A stretch of 64,000 bases of DNA from positions 404,763 to 468,762 of the forward strand of contig JBBDXB010000006.1 in NCBI GenBank assembly GCA_040902515.1. Reading direction: 5' to 3'. Below are positions 28,001 to 37,159 of the stretch, in pieces (the first letter of the stretch is position 1; each line of letters begins with the position of its first letter). This DNA comes from Patescibacteria group bacterium (GTDB lineage: Bacteria > Patescibacteriota > SICC01). Below the pieces are notes generated by a model, which had not been told where the DNA came from, searched no databases, and worked only from the letters and a program-made list of their open reading frames with translations. The position numbers and the translations under genes were made by a program.

Positions 28001-28893
28001 AGGAGGACTACTGCGACCCCTCCGTGCGGGTCCGCAAGAACCCCGAGTCGCGCCAGGGTGACGTGCTCGCCCCGTGGCTGCGAGCCGGGCGCGGTTCCGT
28101 GCACTCGAACGAGGGTGTCTTCGGCTACGACAACCTCGGCCAGAACAACGCCACCTTCACGGTGACGGCCAACGGCAGCATCTTCCACTTCACCGGCCAA
28201 AACTCGTACCCGGGCTACCGGGCCGCCAACCAGAAGTGCCGGGACGACGGCCGGGTCGACTGGCGGAAGGAGATGGCCGGTAACGCGCAGCGGATCATCG
28301 ATAATCCCGACCACAACAACGGGCAGACCACCTCGACGTTCGTCACCCAGGGTACCATCGACATGGACGCGGGCGGCGATACCTGGGTCCGGAACGGAAG
28401 CCTCACGATCGGCGCCAAGCAGTTCACCGGCGTGGGGACGCTCGTGGTGAAGGGCGATCTGCGGATCAGGGGCAACCAGAGCTATGGCTCGGACAGCGCC
28501 GGCCGGCCCAACTCCCTCGGCGTGATCGTACTTGGCAACCTGATCATCGACAAGGACGTACAGAACCTGGTGGGCACGTACTACGTGTCCGACGTCCAGC
28601 TCAGCGGCGGTAACATCCAGTTCGACGACGACGGCTGCCCGCTCTACAATCCCGCCGCGACCAACCGGGGCGTGGTCTCCACCGGCGTCTCCGCCCGGCA
28701 ACTCAATGTCCAGGGCGTGATGGTGGCGCGGAAGTTCGAATTCCAGCGCTACCACGTGAACCCGGGAGCGGATCCGGACGCGCCGAACGATGCCGCGGAG
28801 AACGTCTACTACGACGGCCGGGTGGTCGCCAGCACGCCGCCGGGATTCGGGACGTTTCGCGATACCGCCGCCTGGTATGAAATCGCACCGTAA
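25090..28893 (+). CDS. Giant (1267 aa) secreted protein of unknown function immediately upstream of pilM. Candidate pilus-associated or surface adhesin.
   Basis: GTG start. N-terminal hydrophobic signal (LKLLQFAAIVVGGLSGGVAAG). Rich in Asn/Gly/Thr/Asp beta-type sequence. No LPXTG and no recognised domain. The antisense 611-aa ORF is low-complexity and rejected. Confidence 0.75.
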   Translation: MRSIPVPRFLKLLQFAAIVVGGLSGGVAAGDVAEAYRYIVPPTNFGGEVHIRTTINQSYVSNDPAEDGPPRDSQSDTIAYMPTQYLVFSKSRDIRIDIKGGRFDFDDWGDTIRTCPSPGCEGPLASGRSFIYELYQLEELNRLSGENQRLAAVGARSGHPSMSTTNIAANDANWDPDPLFDTGNVSVSARRFKDEQGLYPQWKGYYVFLIKVVHDRDQNNGYIDRADRFIRSFQNDPFFNGGAERNFDEYVEERGCAVINGKYLEPDAPVVCPDRWRESVAVDFNEAFEIAGNTHWIRTPNSSEDGHPVYMASAPSELAFNVRQNFYDSSLPSTHAQTSTGLRINTVGEEAGCRNDGTPRPRLTNTDWDRAAEVQDGPPPAGSVDNRPKAEIRFPGRGSVPIDAGVTGGPPPDGYFPSGLGRVGTFPMAVAGVGPNVQTAMNLYSFGRNNQLYMGGAYITATGPFVGPIVGCVQDIQVSPLSPRSVFSGYRYNGRDSFSVTSGHTQGLLNFRFQYRNVGSYAPQVGQADWRVEVAGVGQVGSGRDIFTNDSQPTQWNARAVNNVDMGGHAGFRLWRACVNAAGKDRCSGWVTFQVNDGPIAQILSPANNANVNHNQCTPLTSRMTDPDTGERVGARFNVTWNDSRGSNVVYTRLYDYPATLKNNGSTFSADELRVESWQTNGSNQSFVPNITLTDFIRRYVPDGVDVNWNSRGYDFTGASDLNGTRRFHANLYSPPISLLDTLQTSTPHFRWGLAAGAAYHRNTRPILDASPQTAKNLYDLSDSGFATPLTNVTDGQTVRVRTVVTNSGETPTPFYQIYDYLGSTRDFEKPKSVSIRKGDGGTRTFMRANEVDDLIKQVMVRNEDNPNLDQEGPFPTDSADYRNSAWRIDFGANTASGSLLNRAAGSSQLNPGEKIIIEYTIRANRNQAITPPQIDPDAADEEGNFQRRQPVGDSRGGVAPSDTHTHLYYQEDYCDPSVRVRKNPESRQGDVLAPWLRAGRGSVHSNEGVFGYDNLGQNNATFTVTANGSIFHFTGQNSYPGYRAANQKCRDDGRVDWRKEMAGNAQRIIDNPDHNNGQTTSTFVTQGTIDMDAGGDTWVRNGSLTIGAKQFTGVGTLVVKGDLRIRGNQSYGSDSAGRPNSLGVIVLGNLIIDKDVQNLVGTYYVSDVQLSGGNIQFDDDGCPLYNPAATNRGVVSTGVSARQLNVQGVMVARKFEFQRYHVNPGADPDAPNDAAENVYYDGRVVASTPPGFGTFRDTAAWYEIAP

Positions 28894-28952
28894 GGTAGCA
28901 TGAACGAAGAAAAGGGGATAATGAAACAAATACGGAAACGAAGGGGCTAGGG

Positions 28953-30038
28953 ATGGGTCTGTTCAGTCAACAGAAACAGTTCTTCGGGCTCGACATCTCG
29001 GGCACTTCGGTAAAGGTGGTCGAGCTCAAGCACGGTCCGTCCAAGCCTACGCTTGTCGCCTACGGCGGCATGGTCCTGCCGGTCGGCTCGATGCAGTCCG
29101 ACTCGGAAGTTGACCTGCAGAACGTGTCCAACGCGATCCGTCAGGTCGTGAAGAAGGCGAAGATCCAGGCCGACCAGTGCGTAGCGGCCCTGCCGGGTTC
29201 CGGCGTCTTCACCAGCATCATCCGGCTTCCCGAGATGCCCAAAAGCGAGTTGGCCGATTCCATCCGCTGGCAGGCCAAGCAGTACGTGCCATCGCCGCTC
29301 GACGAGGTCATCCTCGACTGGCACGTGGTCGGCGAGACGTCCACGCCGGCCGCGCGACCCCGCGCCGGCGACACGGAAGGCCAGGCGAAGAGCAACAAGG
29401 AAGTCGAAGTGATGTTGATCGCCGCGCCGATCGCGCTGGTCAAGAAGTATGTGAAGATCATCACCGGCGCCGGGTTGAAGCCCCAGGCGCTGGAGATCGA
29501 ACCGCTTTCGCTGGCCCGGTCGGTGGTCGGCGTGCGCGAGGAGCCGGTGGTCGTGCTCGACATGGGCCAAGCCGGTTCTGAGATCTCGATCGTCCAGAAC
29601 GGGATCATCCGCCTGAATCGCAACACCACGGCCGGCGGCGGGGCGCTCACCCGTGCGATCTCCCAGAGCCTCGGCGTGGACGCCAACCGTGCCGAGCAGT
29701 TCAAGCGTGACTTCGGCCTTCGCGCCGACAAGCTGGAGGGGCAGATCCCGAAGGCGGTGAAGCCGGTGCTCGACACGCTGGTCGGCGAGATCCGGCGCTC
29801 CCTCGATTACTACCGCGAACAACCCCACAGCCAGCTCGATATCCGCGAGATGGTCGTCGTCGGCGGTACGGCCCGGATGCCGGAACTCCTCGCGTTGCTC
29901 TCGGGTACGTTCGGTTTGGAGACCAAGATCGGTGACCCGTGGGCCAACGTGAACTACGCGTCGGGACTTAAGCAGCAATTGTCCGAACTCGCACCGTCAT
30001 TCGCCGTGACGGTCGGGCTCGCGATGCGTGAAGGATAA
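28953..30038 (+). CDS. pilM: Type IV pilus assembly protein PilM (actin-like ATPase fold).
   Basis: FFGLDISGTSVKVVELK...VAALPGSGVFTSIIRLPEM...SIRWQAKQYVP matches PilM. Confidence 0.85.
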   Translation: MGLFSQQKQFFGLDISGTSVKVVELKHGPSKPTLVAYGGMVLPVGSMQSDSEVDLQNVSNAIRQVVKKAKIQADQCVAALPGSGVFTSIIRLPEMPKSELADSIRWQAKQYVPSPLDEVILDWHVVGETSTPAARPRAGDTEGQAKSNKEVEVMLIAAPIALVKKYVKIITGAGLKPQALEIEPLSLARSVVGVREEPVVVLDMGQAGSEISIVQNGIIRLNRNTTAGGGALTRAISQSLGVDANRAEQFKRDFGLRADKLEGQIPKAVKPVLDTLVGEIRRSLDYYREQPHSQLDIREMVVVGGTARMPELLALLSGTFGLETKIGDPWANVNYASGLKQQLSELAPSFAVTVGLAMREG

Positions 30039-30055
30039 GATTCCGGAGAACCATC

Positions 30056-30769
30056 GTGCCGACACTCAACATCAACCTTCTCAGGAAAGAACAACGACAG
30101 GTGGACCGCCTGTCGCAGGCGACGGTGATCGTCGGTGCGGTATCCGGCTCGGTCGTCGCACTCTCGCTGCTGGTCGTGGTCTTCCTCTACACCACGATCG
30201 CGATCAAGGACAGCCAGAAGCAGGGATTGATCGAGGATCGCGACCGGTTCGCCGGCGAGATCGACGAGCTTGCCGAGTTCGAACAGCCGTTTTACCCCGA
30301 GATGACGCTGTCGCAGCAGGCCGGGGCCTACCAGCAGCAGGTGGACGGACTCCGGGAGCTGATCGACAACCACAAGTACTTCACGCTCTATCTTTCGGAA
30401 ATCGCGGTCAACACGCCGCTTTCCGTGATCTACCGGTCCTTCGCGTCGGAAAGCAACGACCGCCTGACCGTGACCGGTCGTGCTAAGACCTACGGCGACG
30501 TCTCGAAGCTCGCGAAGAAGTTCGAGAACCTCTCGTTCGCCCGCTCCTCCAGCATCCAGGACGCGCAGCTGGAGCGGACGGAGAGGGAGTATCCGGTGCA
30601 GTTTACGCTGGTGATCGAGCTGAAGTCCGCGGCGGAGCTCAAGAAGCTGCCGGGACCGAGCCAGGCGGGAGAGTCGGGCGCCGCCTCGCCGCAGCCGACG
30701 CCGAATGCCTCGCCGCCGCAGCCGCCCGAAGGCGCGGATGACGTACCCTTACCGCTCGGGGGCTCCTGA
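30056..30769 (+). CDS. pilN: PilN.
   Basis: MPTLNINLLRKEQRQ (INLL motif), one TM, coiled coil, Pro/Ala-rich tail. Confidence 0.8.
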   Translation: MPTLNINLLRKEQRQVDRLSQATVIVGAVSGSVVALSLLVVVFLYTTIAIKDSQKQGLIEDRDRFAGEIDELAEFEQPFYPEMTLSQQAGAYQQQVDGLRELIDNHKYFTLYLSEIAVNTPLSVIYRSFASESNDRLTVTGRAKTYGDVSKLAKKFENLSFARSSSIQDAQLERTEREYPVQFTLVIELKSAAELKKLPGPSQAGESGAASPQPTPNASPPQPPEGADDVPLPLGGS

Positions 30770-31440
30770 TGGCCAAGCAGATCTTCAACGTGAGCAGCCG
30801 GTATAACGTGATCGCCGCGCTCGTCGCAGGCGGACTGCTTGGGGTGATCCTGATCGTCTCGTTGCTGGTCGCACCGGCCTGGAACCGCCTGCAGGAGCTG
30901 GGCCGCGAAGTGCCGGTCGAGCAACAGAAGCGCGACCAGGCGGAGCAGGACCTGAAGAACCTCAAGGACGCCAAGCAGTTCTTCGAGGAACAGGCCACTG
31001 ACGTGGAACGGGTGAACCTGGCGCTTCCGGTCCGCCCCGAGGTCCCGACGATCCTGGCCATCCTGGAAAGCCTGGCGGTGGATGCGGGCGTCTACCTCGA
31101 CGGTTTCACGCCGCAGCAGCTGGGAACCGCGGAGGTGGCGGCGGCCGGAGCGCCGACTGAGGTCGCGCCTGGCGGCGTCGATTCGCTGGAAGTCACGGCC
31201 AACTTCAGCGGCACGTATCCAGCGCTCCTGAATTTTCTCTACAGCCTGGAACGGAGCCTCCGGATCGTGGACGTGAAGGTCATCAACGTCAGTGCGGTGG
31301 AAGATACTGGTGCGATTACCGGCAGCATCTCGTTCCGCACGTACTATAAGACGGTCGAGGGATCGGCACCGGCCGGTGGCGATCCGGCCGCGGACGCGTC
31401 CGGCGGCGCGGCGGCTCCGGCCGGAGGAGGAACCCCATGA
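30769..31440 (+). CDS. pilO: PilO.
   Basis: TM (VIAALVAGGLLGVILIVSLLVA), coiled coil (QQKRDQAEQDLKNLKDAKQFFEEQ), C-terminal domain. Position after pilN. Confidence 0.75.
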   Translation: MAKQIFNVSSRYNVIAALVAGGLLGVILIVSLLVAPAWNRLQELGREVPVEQQKRDQAEQDLKNLKDAKQFFEEQATDVERVNLALPVRPEVPTILAILESLAVDAGVYLDGFTPQQLGTAEVAAAGAPTEVAPGGVDSLEVTANFSGTYPALLNFLYSLERSLRIVDVKVINVSAVEDTGAITGSISFRTYYKTVEGSAPAGGDPAADASGGAAAPAGGGTP

Positions 31441-31721
31441 ACCGCCTGCAGAATTTCGCGCCGTGGCAGATCATCCTGGTCGCCGTCGGTGTCCTGATCG
31501 TCGTTCTGGTGGGCGGATACTTCCTCGTGACCATGCTCACGACCACGCCGCCGGCCGAGGAAGCCACGGCTACCGTACCGGCCGACCTGGGTGGTGAACG
31601 GAATGCCGAGGTGCTCTCGCAACTCGAGGTCTTCGAGGAACCGCAGGGCCTGCCGGGCGCGCCGGAACCGGTCCAGACCATCGATCCGAACGCGCCGAGC
31701 ACGGTCAATCCGTTCGAGTAG
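31437..31721 (+). CDS. Small (94 aa) single-TM protein in the PilP position.
   Basis: ATGA overlap with pilO. TM WQIILVAVGVLIVVLVGGYFLV, then a Pro/Glu/Ala-rich tail. An imperfect hairpin plus T-run follows the gene. The pilB promoter TTGACG-N17-TACAGT lies at 31750-31778. Confidence 0.5.
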   Translation: MNRLQNFAPWQIILVAVGVLIVVLVGGYFLVTMLTTTPPAEEATATVPADLGGERNAEVLSQLEVFEEPQGLPGAPEPVQTIDPNAPSTVNPFE

Positions 31722-31827
31722 GGACGTTTGCCTCCGCGCTACCCGACCCTTGACGGACGGGCGTTTTTATGCTACAGTGAGGTAATTTTCCTGGGATCAA
31801 CCCGGAAGGTTATACACACAAACATCC

Positions 31828-33594
31828 ATGCTGAACGATGCCGCCAACCCGGTCCGCTCGACCGCCACGAAGTTCCAGGAAGCCCTGGTCGAGCTTGAGC
31901 TGCTGACGCCCGAGCAGGCGAAGAACCTGCGCTTGCAGAGCATTAATTCCGGCACGCCGCTGGAACAGCTCGCCCGTGACATGGGGCTCGTCGACGACGA
32001 GAGCATCGCCCAAGCTCGAGGCAAGGTGCTCGGCCTGCCCTACGTGGACCTGCGCAACGAGAGCATCTCACGGGAGCTGCTCCAGACCGTTCCCCAGCAG
32101 GTCGCCAAGAACTACTCCTTGGTGGCGTTCGCCAAACGGGGAAGCCGGTACCAGATCGCGATGGCGGATCCCCGGAACGTCCAGGCGCTCGAGGCGCTGG
32201 AATTCGTCACCAAGCGCGAGAAACTGGCCGTCGACCTCCACATCGCCTCGCAGTCGAGCATCAAGCAGGCGGTCAGCCAGTACGGCTCGCTGTCCGGCGA
32301 AGTGAACGAAGTACTCAAGGAAGCGCCGCCCGACGAGATGGTGATCGAGGACGTGGACGAGGATCTCGGCTCCGCCAAGATGCTCGAGAAGGTCGTCTCC
32401 GACGCGCCGATCGCCAAAGCGATCGCGGCGATCCTCAAGTATGCCGTGAAGAAGAACGCCTCCGACATCCACGTCGAACCGACCGAGAAGGTAATCCAGG
32501 TGCGGTACCGGCTGGACGGCGTGCTCGAGAACACGCTGACCCTGCCGCGGAAGACGCTGTCCGCGCTGGTATCCCGGATCAAGATCCTCTCCAATCTGAA
32601 GATCGACGAAAGCCGGATCCCGCAGGACGGCCGCTTCAATTCCAAGCTCGAAGGGCGGGAGATCGACTTCCGTGTCTCCACGTTCCCGACCGTCCATGGC
32701 GAGAAGGTCGTGATGCGGCTCCTCGACAAGAGCCAGGGCCTGAAGACGCTCGAGGAAATCGGCGTCTCCGGCCGCGGCTTCGACAAGATGGTCGAAGGGC
32801 TCGAGAAGCCGTACGGCATGACCCTGGTGACCGGCCCGACCGGTTCCGGTAAGTCTACCACGCTGTATGCCTCGCTCGGCCGGCTGAATGACGTCGGCGT
32901 GAACATCGTCACGCTGGAAGATCCGGTGGAATACTCCATGGAAGGCATCAACCAGTCGCAGATCAACCCGCAGATCGGATACAGCTTCGCCTCCGGCCTC
33001 CGGAGCATCCTCCGTCAGGACCCGGACATCGTGATGGTCGGTGAGATCCGCGACCAGGAGACCGCCGACATGGCGGTGAACGCCGCGCTGACCGGCCACA
33101 TCGTGCTCTCCACGCTCCACACCAACGATGCCGCCGGCGCCCTGCCGCGCCTCGTGGACATGGGCGTGGAACCGTTCCTGATCGCCTCGTCCGTCAACAC
33201 GCTGGTCGCCCAACGACTGGTCCGGAAGATCTGCGATGCCTGCACCCAGGAAGTCACGCTCTCGGAGGTCGAGCGGAAGACGATCGAAGAGACCGTTGCC
33301 ACGATGCCGAAGGCGGTCCGCGATAAGCTGAAGCCGCTCAAGGAGCACCGGGTCCGAAGGGGCGCCGGCTGCGACAAGTGCGGCAAGAGCGGGTATCGCG
33401 GCCGGATCGGTATCTTCGAGGTGCTGCCGATGTCGGACGGTATCAAGGACCTGTTGCTGAAGAACGCCTCCGGCAGCGCGATCGCCAAGGAAGCGATCAC
33501 GGAAGGCATGGTCACCATGCAGATGGACGGCGTCCTGAAAGTGCTTGCCGGTATCACCACGCTTGAAGAAGTAATGCTGAGGACAAAGGAGTAA
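31828..33594 (+). CDS. pilB: Type IV pilus assembly ATPase PilB (GspE family).
   Basis: N-terminal GSPII_E_N-like domain. Walker A LVTGPTGSGKSTTLYA. Asp/His boxes and tetracysteine (CDAC...CDKCGKSGYRGR). Confidence 0.9.
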   Translation: MLNDAANPVRSTATKFQEALVELELLTPEQAKNLRLQSINSGTPLEQLARDMGLVDDESIAQARGKVLGLPYVDLRNESISRELLQTVPQQVAKNYSLVAFAKRGSRYQIAMADPRNVQALEALEFVTKREKLAVDLHIASQSSIKQAVSQYGSLSGEVNEVLKEAPPDEMVIEDVDEDLGSAKMLEKVVSDAPIAKAIAAILKYAVKKNASDIHVEPTEKVIQVRYRLDGVLENTLTLPRKTLSALVSRIKILSNLKIDESRIPQDGRFNSKLEGREIDFRVSTFPTVHGEKVVMRLLDKSQGLKTLEEIGVSGRGFDKMVEGLEKPYGMTLVTGPTGSGKSTTLYASLGRLNDVGVNIVTLEDPVEYSMEGINQSQINPQIGYSFASGLRSILRQDPDIVMVGEIRDQETADMAVNAALTGHIVLSTLHTNDAAGALPRLVDMGVEPFLIASSVNTLVAQRLVRKICDACTQEVTLSEVERKTIEETVATMPKAVRDKLKPLKEHRVRRGAGCDKCGKSGYRGRIGIFEVLPMSDGIKDLLLKNASGSAIAKEAITEGMVTMQMDGVLKVLAGITTLEEVMLRTKE

Positions 33595-33596
33595 CC

Positions 33597-34736
33597 ATGC
33601 CAGCCAATCCCAACCAGTCCGCGTCGGAAAAAGCCCCTACCGTGAGCGTCGGTGCGGCGGTTCCGCCTGATCCCGAGCAGCAGATGGGACAACTGTTGGA
33701 GCTGGTAGTGTCGCATGACGCCTCCGACCTCCATCTCACCGTCGGCATGCGCCCGGTCCTCCGGATCGACGGCCAGCTGCATCAGGTCGGTGATCATGAC
33801 GTCCTGACGCCGGAGCGGATCGAAGGCCTGCTCAGCACGGTCATGAATACCGAGCAGAAGAAGCGCCTCAAGGAGGACAAGGAACTCGATTACTCGCTTC
33901 CCTACGAGGACAAGGCCCGGTTCCGGGTGAACGTCTTCACCCAGCGGGGCTATCTGGCCGGAGCGTTCCGGCTGATTCCGATGACGCTCAAGAGCTACAA
34001 GGACCTGCAGCTACCCGGCGAGATCGGCGGCTTCGCCAAGCTGAAACAGGGACTGGTACTGTTCGCCGGCCCGACCGGTCACGGTAAATCGACGACCCAG
34101 GCCGCGATCATCGACGACATCAACTCGAACCGGGCGGAACATATCCTGACCATCGAGGACCCCGTGGAGTACACGCACGTCCACAAGAAGTCGATCGTAG
34201 ACCAGCGCGAGGTCGGACAGGACACCAAGAGCTTCGCCAAGGCGCTGCGCTCCGCGCTCCGCGAGGATCCGGACGTCGTGCTGATCGGTGAGATGCGCGA
34301 CCCCGAGACAATGGCGGCCGCCATGACTATCGCGGAGACCGGACACCTGGTGTTCGCGACGGTGCACACCAACGACGCGCCGCAGACCATCGACCGGATC
34401 GTCGACAGTTTCCCCAGCTACCAGCAGGGGCAGATCCGTTCGCAGCTGGCACAGGTGCTCTCGGGCGTGGTCAGCCAACGGTTGCTTCCGGCGATCGGCG
34501 GCGGCCGGGTGCCGGCGGTCGAGATCATGATCGCCACGCCGGCGATCCGCAACCTGATCCGCGAGGAGAAGTCGCACCAGATCCCGAGCGCGATCCAGAC
34601 CAGTTCGGAGCAGGGCATGGTCTCGATGGAGAAGGCGTTGGCGGAACGGGTCCAACGCGGCCTGGTTAAGTACGACGACGCGATTCTGTATGCTAACGAC
34701 AAGCGGACACTCGGCAAACTGGTAAAGGGATACTAA
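33597..34736 (+). CDS. pilT: Twitching-motility retraction ATPase PilT.
   Basis: LFAGPTGHGKSTTQAAIID and AIRNLIREEKSHQI are present. N-terminal ~30-aa extension. Confidence 0.9.
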   Translation: MPANPNQSASEKAPTVSVGAAVPPDPEQQMGQLLELVVSHDASDLHLTVGMRPVLRIDGQLHQVGDHDVLTPERIEGLLSTVMNTEQKKRLKEDKELDYSLPYEDKARFRVNVFTQRGYLAGAFRLIPMTLKSYKDLQLPGEIGGFAKLKQGLVLFAGPTGHGKSTTQAAIIDDINSNRAEHILTIEDPVEYTHVHKKSIVDQREVGQDTKSFAKALRSALREDPDVVLIGEMRDPETMAAAMTIAETGHLVFATVHTNDAPQTIDRIVDSFPSYQQGQIRSQLAQVLSGVVSQRLLPAIGGGRVPAVEIMIATPAIRNLIREEKSHQIPSAIQTSSEQGMVSMEKALAERVQRGLVKYDDAILYANDKRTLGKLVKGY

Positions 34737-34746
34737 GACACACACC

Positions 34747-35961
34747 ATGGCTGATTACGTATACAAAGCACGCAACGCCGCCGGACAGATCAAGACCGGT
34801 GAGATCTCGGCCGCCACGGAGCAGGCCGCGGCCGAGCTATTGTCAGAACACCAGCTGATTCTGACCAAGCTGCAGGAGAAGAAAGAGCGGAGCTTCGACG
34901 TCTCGAAGCTCGTGGCCGCCCTCAACCGCATCGGCATGAAGGACAAGGTCATCTTCACCCGCCAGCTCGGGACGATGATCAAGTCCGGGCTTCCGATCGT
35001 GCAGGCGCTCAGCATCCTGTCCGAGCAGACGCAGAACCAGAAGTTCAAGGGCGTCATCGAGGACATCGCTTCGGGCATCGAGGGCGGCGGCAGCTTCTCC
35101 TCGATGCTTGCCAAGTACCCGAAAGTCTTCGACCGGGTCTACGTCAACATGGTCAGGGCCGGCGAGGCCTCCGGCCAGCTCGATGAGACCCTGAACCGCC
35201 TGGCGACGCAGCAGGAAAAGGCGTACGGCATCGTCAAGAAGGTCCGGGGTGCCATGCTCTACCCGGCGTTCGTGGTACTGGCCCTGATCGGCGCGACGAT
35301 CCTCATGTTGATCGTGGTGATCCCGCCGCTGAAGAACATCTTTGAAGGCGCGGGGGCGGAACTGCCGTTCATCACCCAGATGCTGATCACGATGTCCGAC
35401 GCCTTGCGCGGATTCTGGTATCTCTTCCTGATCGGCGCGGTCGCGCTGGTAGCGGGAGGACGGCAGCTGCTGAAGAGCGAGGGCGGCAAGAGCGCCTTCG
35501 ACCGGCTCAAGCTGAAGCTCCCGATCTTCGGCGGCCTCTTCCAGAAGATCTACGTCGCGCGGTTCACCCGCACGCTGGCCTCGCTGATCGGCGGCGGCGT
35601 GCCGATTATCCAGGCGCTTGAGATTACGGCCGATTCCATCGGCAACGGCGTCTACCAGAAGGGGCTGCTCAAGGCCGCCAAGCAGATCGAAGGCGGCGCC
35701 CAGCTCTCGCAACCGATCCGCGCGAACCCGAACTTCCCCCCGCTCGTGCCGCAGATGATCTCCGTCGGTGAGCAGACCGGAAAGATGGACGAGGTCCTGA
35801 ACAAGCTGTCCGACTTCTACGAAGAGGAGGTCGACAACCTGGTCAAGAACCTTTCCACTCTGATGGAACCGATCCTGATGGTGATCATGGGTATCGCCGT
35901 CGGTGGATTGCTGATCGCGATCCTGCTCCCGATCTACAACCTCGGCAACGTGATCCAGTAG
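34747..35961 (+). CDS. pilC: Type IV pilus platform protein PilC (GspF family).
   Basis: Two GspF repeats (ERSFDVSKLVAALNRIGMKDKVIFTRQLGTMIKSGLPIVQAL...). 3+3 TM. Confidence 0.9.
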   Translation: MADYVYKARNAAGQIKTGEISAATEQAAAELLSEHQLILTKLQEKKERSFDVSKLVAALNRIGMKDKVIFTRQLGTMIKSGLPIVQALSILSEQTQNQKFKGVIEDIASGIEGGGSFSSMLAKYPKVFDRVYVNMVRAGEASGQLDETLNRLATQQEKAYGIVKKVRGAMLYPAFVVLALIGATILMLIVVIPPLKNIFEGAGAELPFITQMLITMSDALRGFWYLFLIGAVALVAGGRQLLKSEGGKSAFDRLKLKLPIFGGLFQKIYVARFTRTLASLIGGGVPIIQALEITADSIGNGVYQKGLLKAAKQIEGGAQLSQPIRANPNFPPLVPQMISVGEQTGKMDEVLNKLSDFYEEEVDNLVKNLSTLMEPILMVIMGIAVGGLLIAILLPIYNLGNVIQ

Positions 35962-35967
35962 GTCCCG

Positions 35968-36408
<441 letters not shown>

Positions 36409-36613
36409 GCATATTGACGCGTATCGGGGCGTCCGCTACGCTGAGGCCAGTTTAGGCGGGCTCCCCGCTTAGGCGAAACAAAACGGAAAAAAGAATGTCG
36501 TTATCGGAACATACCAGACGTATGAGTCACCATACCTGTCGCCATCGCGGAGGGTTTTTTGATACTGCTTTCGTTGACAGAAAAATACACCATCGAAAGG
36601 GGGTGATATACGA

Positions 36614-37075
36614 ATGACACACGCCATCAAATCCATGACGACGCGCGGCCAGCGGGGCTTTACCCTGATCGAGCTGCTCGTGGTCATCGCCATCATCGGT
36701 ATCCTGGCGGCGCTGATCCTGGCGGCGCTCAACAGCGCCCAGAAGGGTGCCCGCGACTCCGAGCGGAAGAGCGACCTCAACCAGTACAAGACGGCGCTCG
36801 CGCAGTACAAGGCGGACAACGCGACCTACCCGGTGCAAGCCGCGGCGACGGCAATGACCAACGCCAACGCACCGTACAGTTCGCTGAACCCGAACTACAT
36901 TTCTGCGTTCCTGGACGATCCGACGAACGGTGCCAGCTATTACTACATAGGCTCGGCCACGCAGTTCGGCGTTTGCGCCAACCTTGAGCGTAAGTCCGGA
37001 TCGCGCTTTGAAGTCGGCCCGACGATCAGTCAGGAGACTTCCGGTGCAGCCAGTAGCTGTGCGCTGCTTAACTGA
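36614..37075 (+). CDS. Type IV pilin (second tandem paralog).
   Basis: MTHAIKSMTTRGQRGFTLIELLVVIAIIGILAALILAAL. GGGGGTG RBS. Confidence 0.85.
   Translation: MTHAIKSMTTRGQRGFTLIELLVVIAIIGILAALILAALNSAQKGARDSERKSDLNQYKTALAQYKADNATYPVQAAATAMTNANAPYSSLNPNYISAFLDDPTNGASYYYIGSATQFGVCANLERKSGSRFEVGPTISQETSGAASSCALLN
36663..36726 (+). repeat. 64-nt exact direct repeat, copy 2.
   Basis: Identical to 35999-36062. Confidence 0.9.
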
Positions 37076-37081
37076 TTCCTA

Positions 37082-37124
37082 GCCGGTCGTCCTCCGGTTA
37101 CGGCCGGGGGACGACCCGGCGAAG
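37082..37124 (+). terminator. Long GC hairpin (GCCGGTCGTCC...GGACGACCCGGC) after the second pilin gene, with a T-run ~20 nt downstream.
   Basis: Inverted repeat read from the sequence. May attenuate read-through into pilD. Confidence 0.4.
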
Positions 37125-37159
37125 GGCCTTTCACTACGAGGTTTTTCGCCACGAACGAT

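Noticed and set aside
27094-28929. 611-aa minus-strand ORF, plus similar long antisense ORFs (34843-36372, 45615-47090, 46774-48216, 32068-33348, 9737-10756, 6590-7375, 3169-3717)
   Set aside because: These are typical high-GC antisense open frames (Arg/Gly/Asp/Leu/Val-rich, no motifs). Each is opposite a gene with strong homology: the giant protein, pilC, GT4/DUF4012, pilB and others.
36409-36613. Terminator or promoter between the two pilin genes
   Set aside because: TTGACA at 36576 and a GGGTTTTTTGA run are present. A direct repeat TTAGGCG-N11-TTAGGCG is also present. However no convincing hairpin precedes the T-run and the -10 element is poor. Left unannotated.
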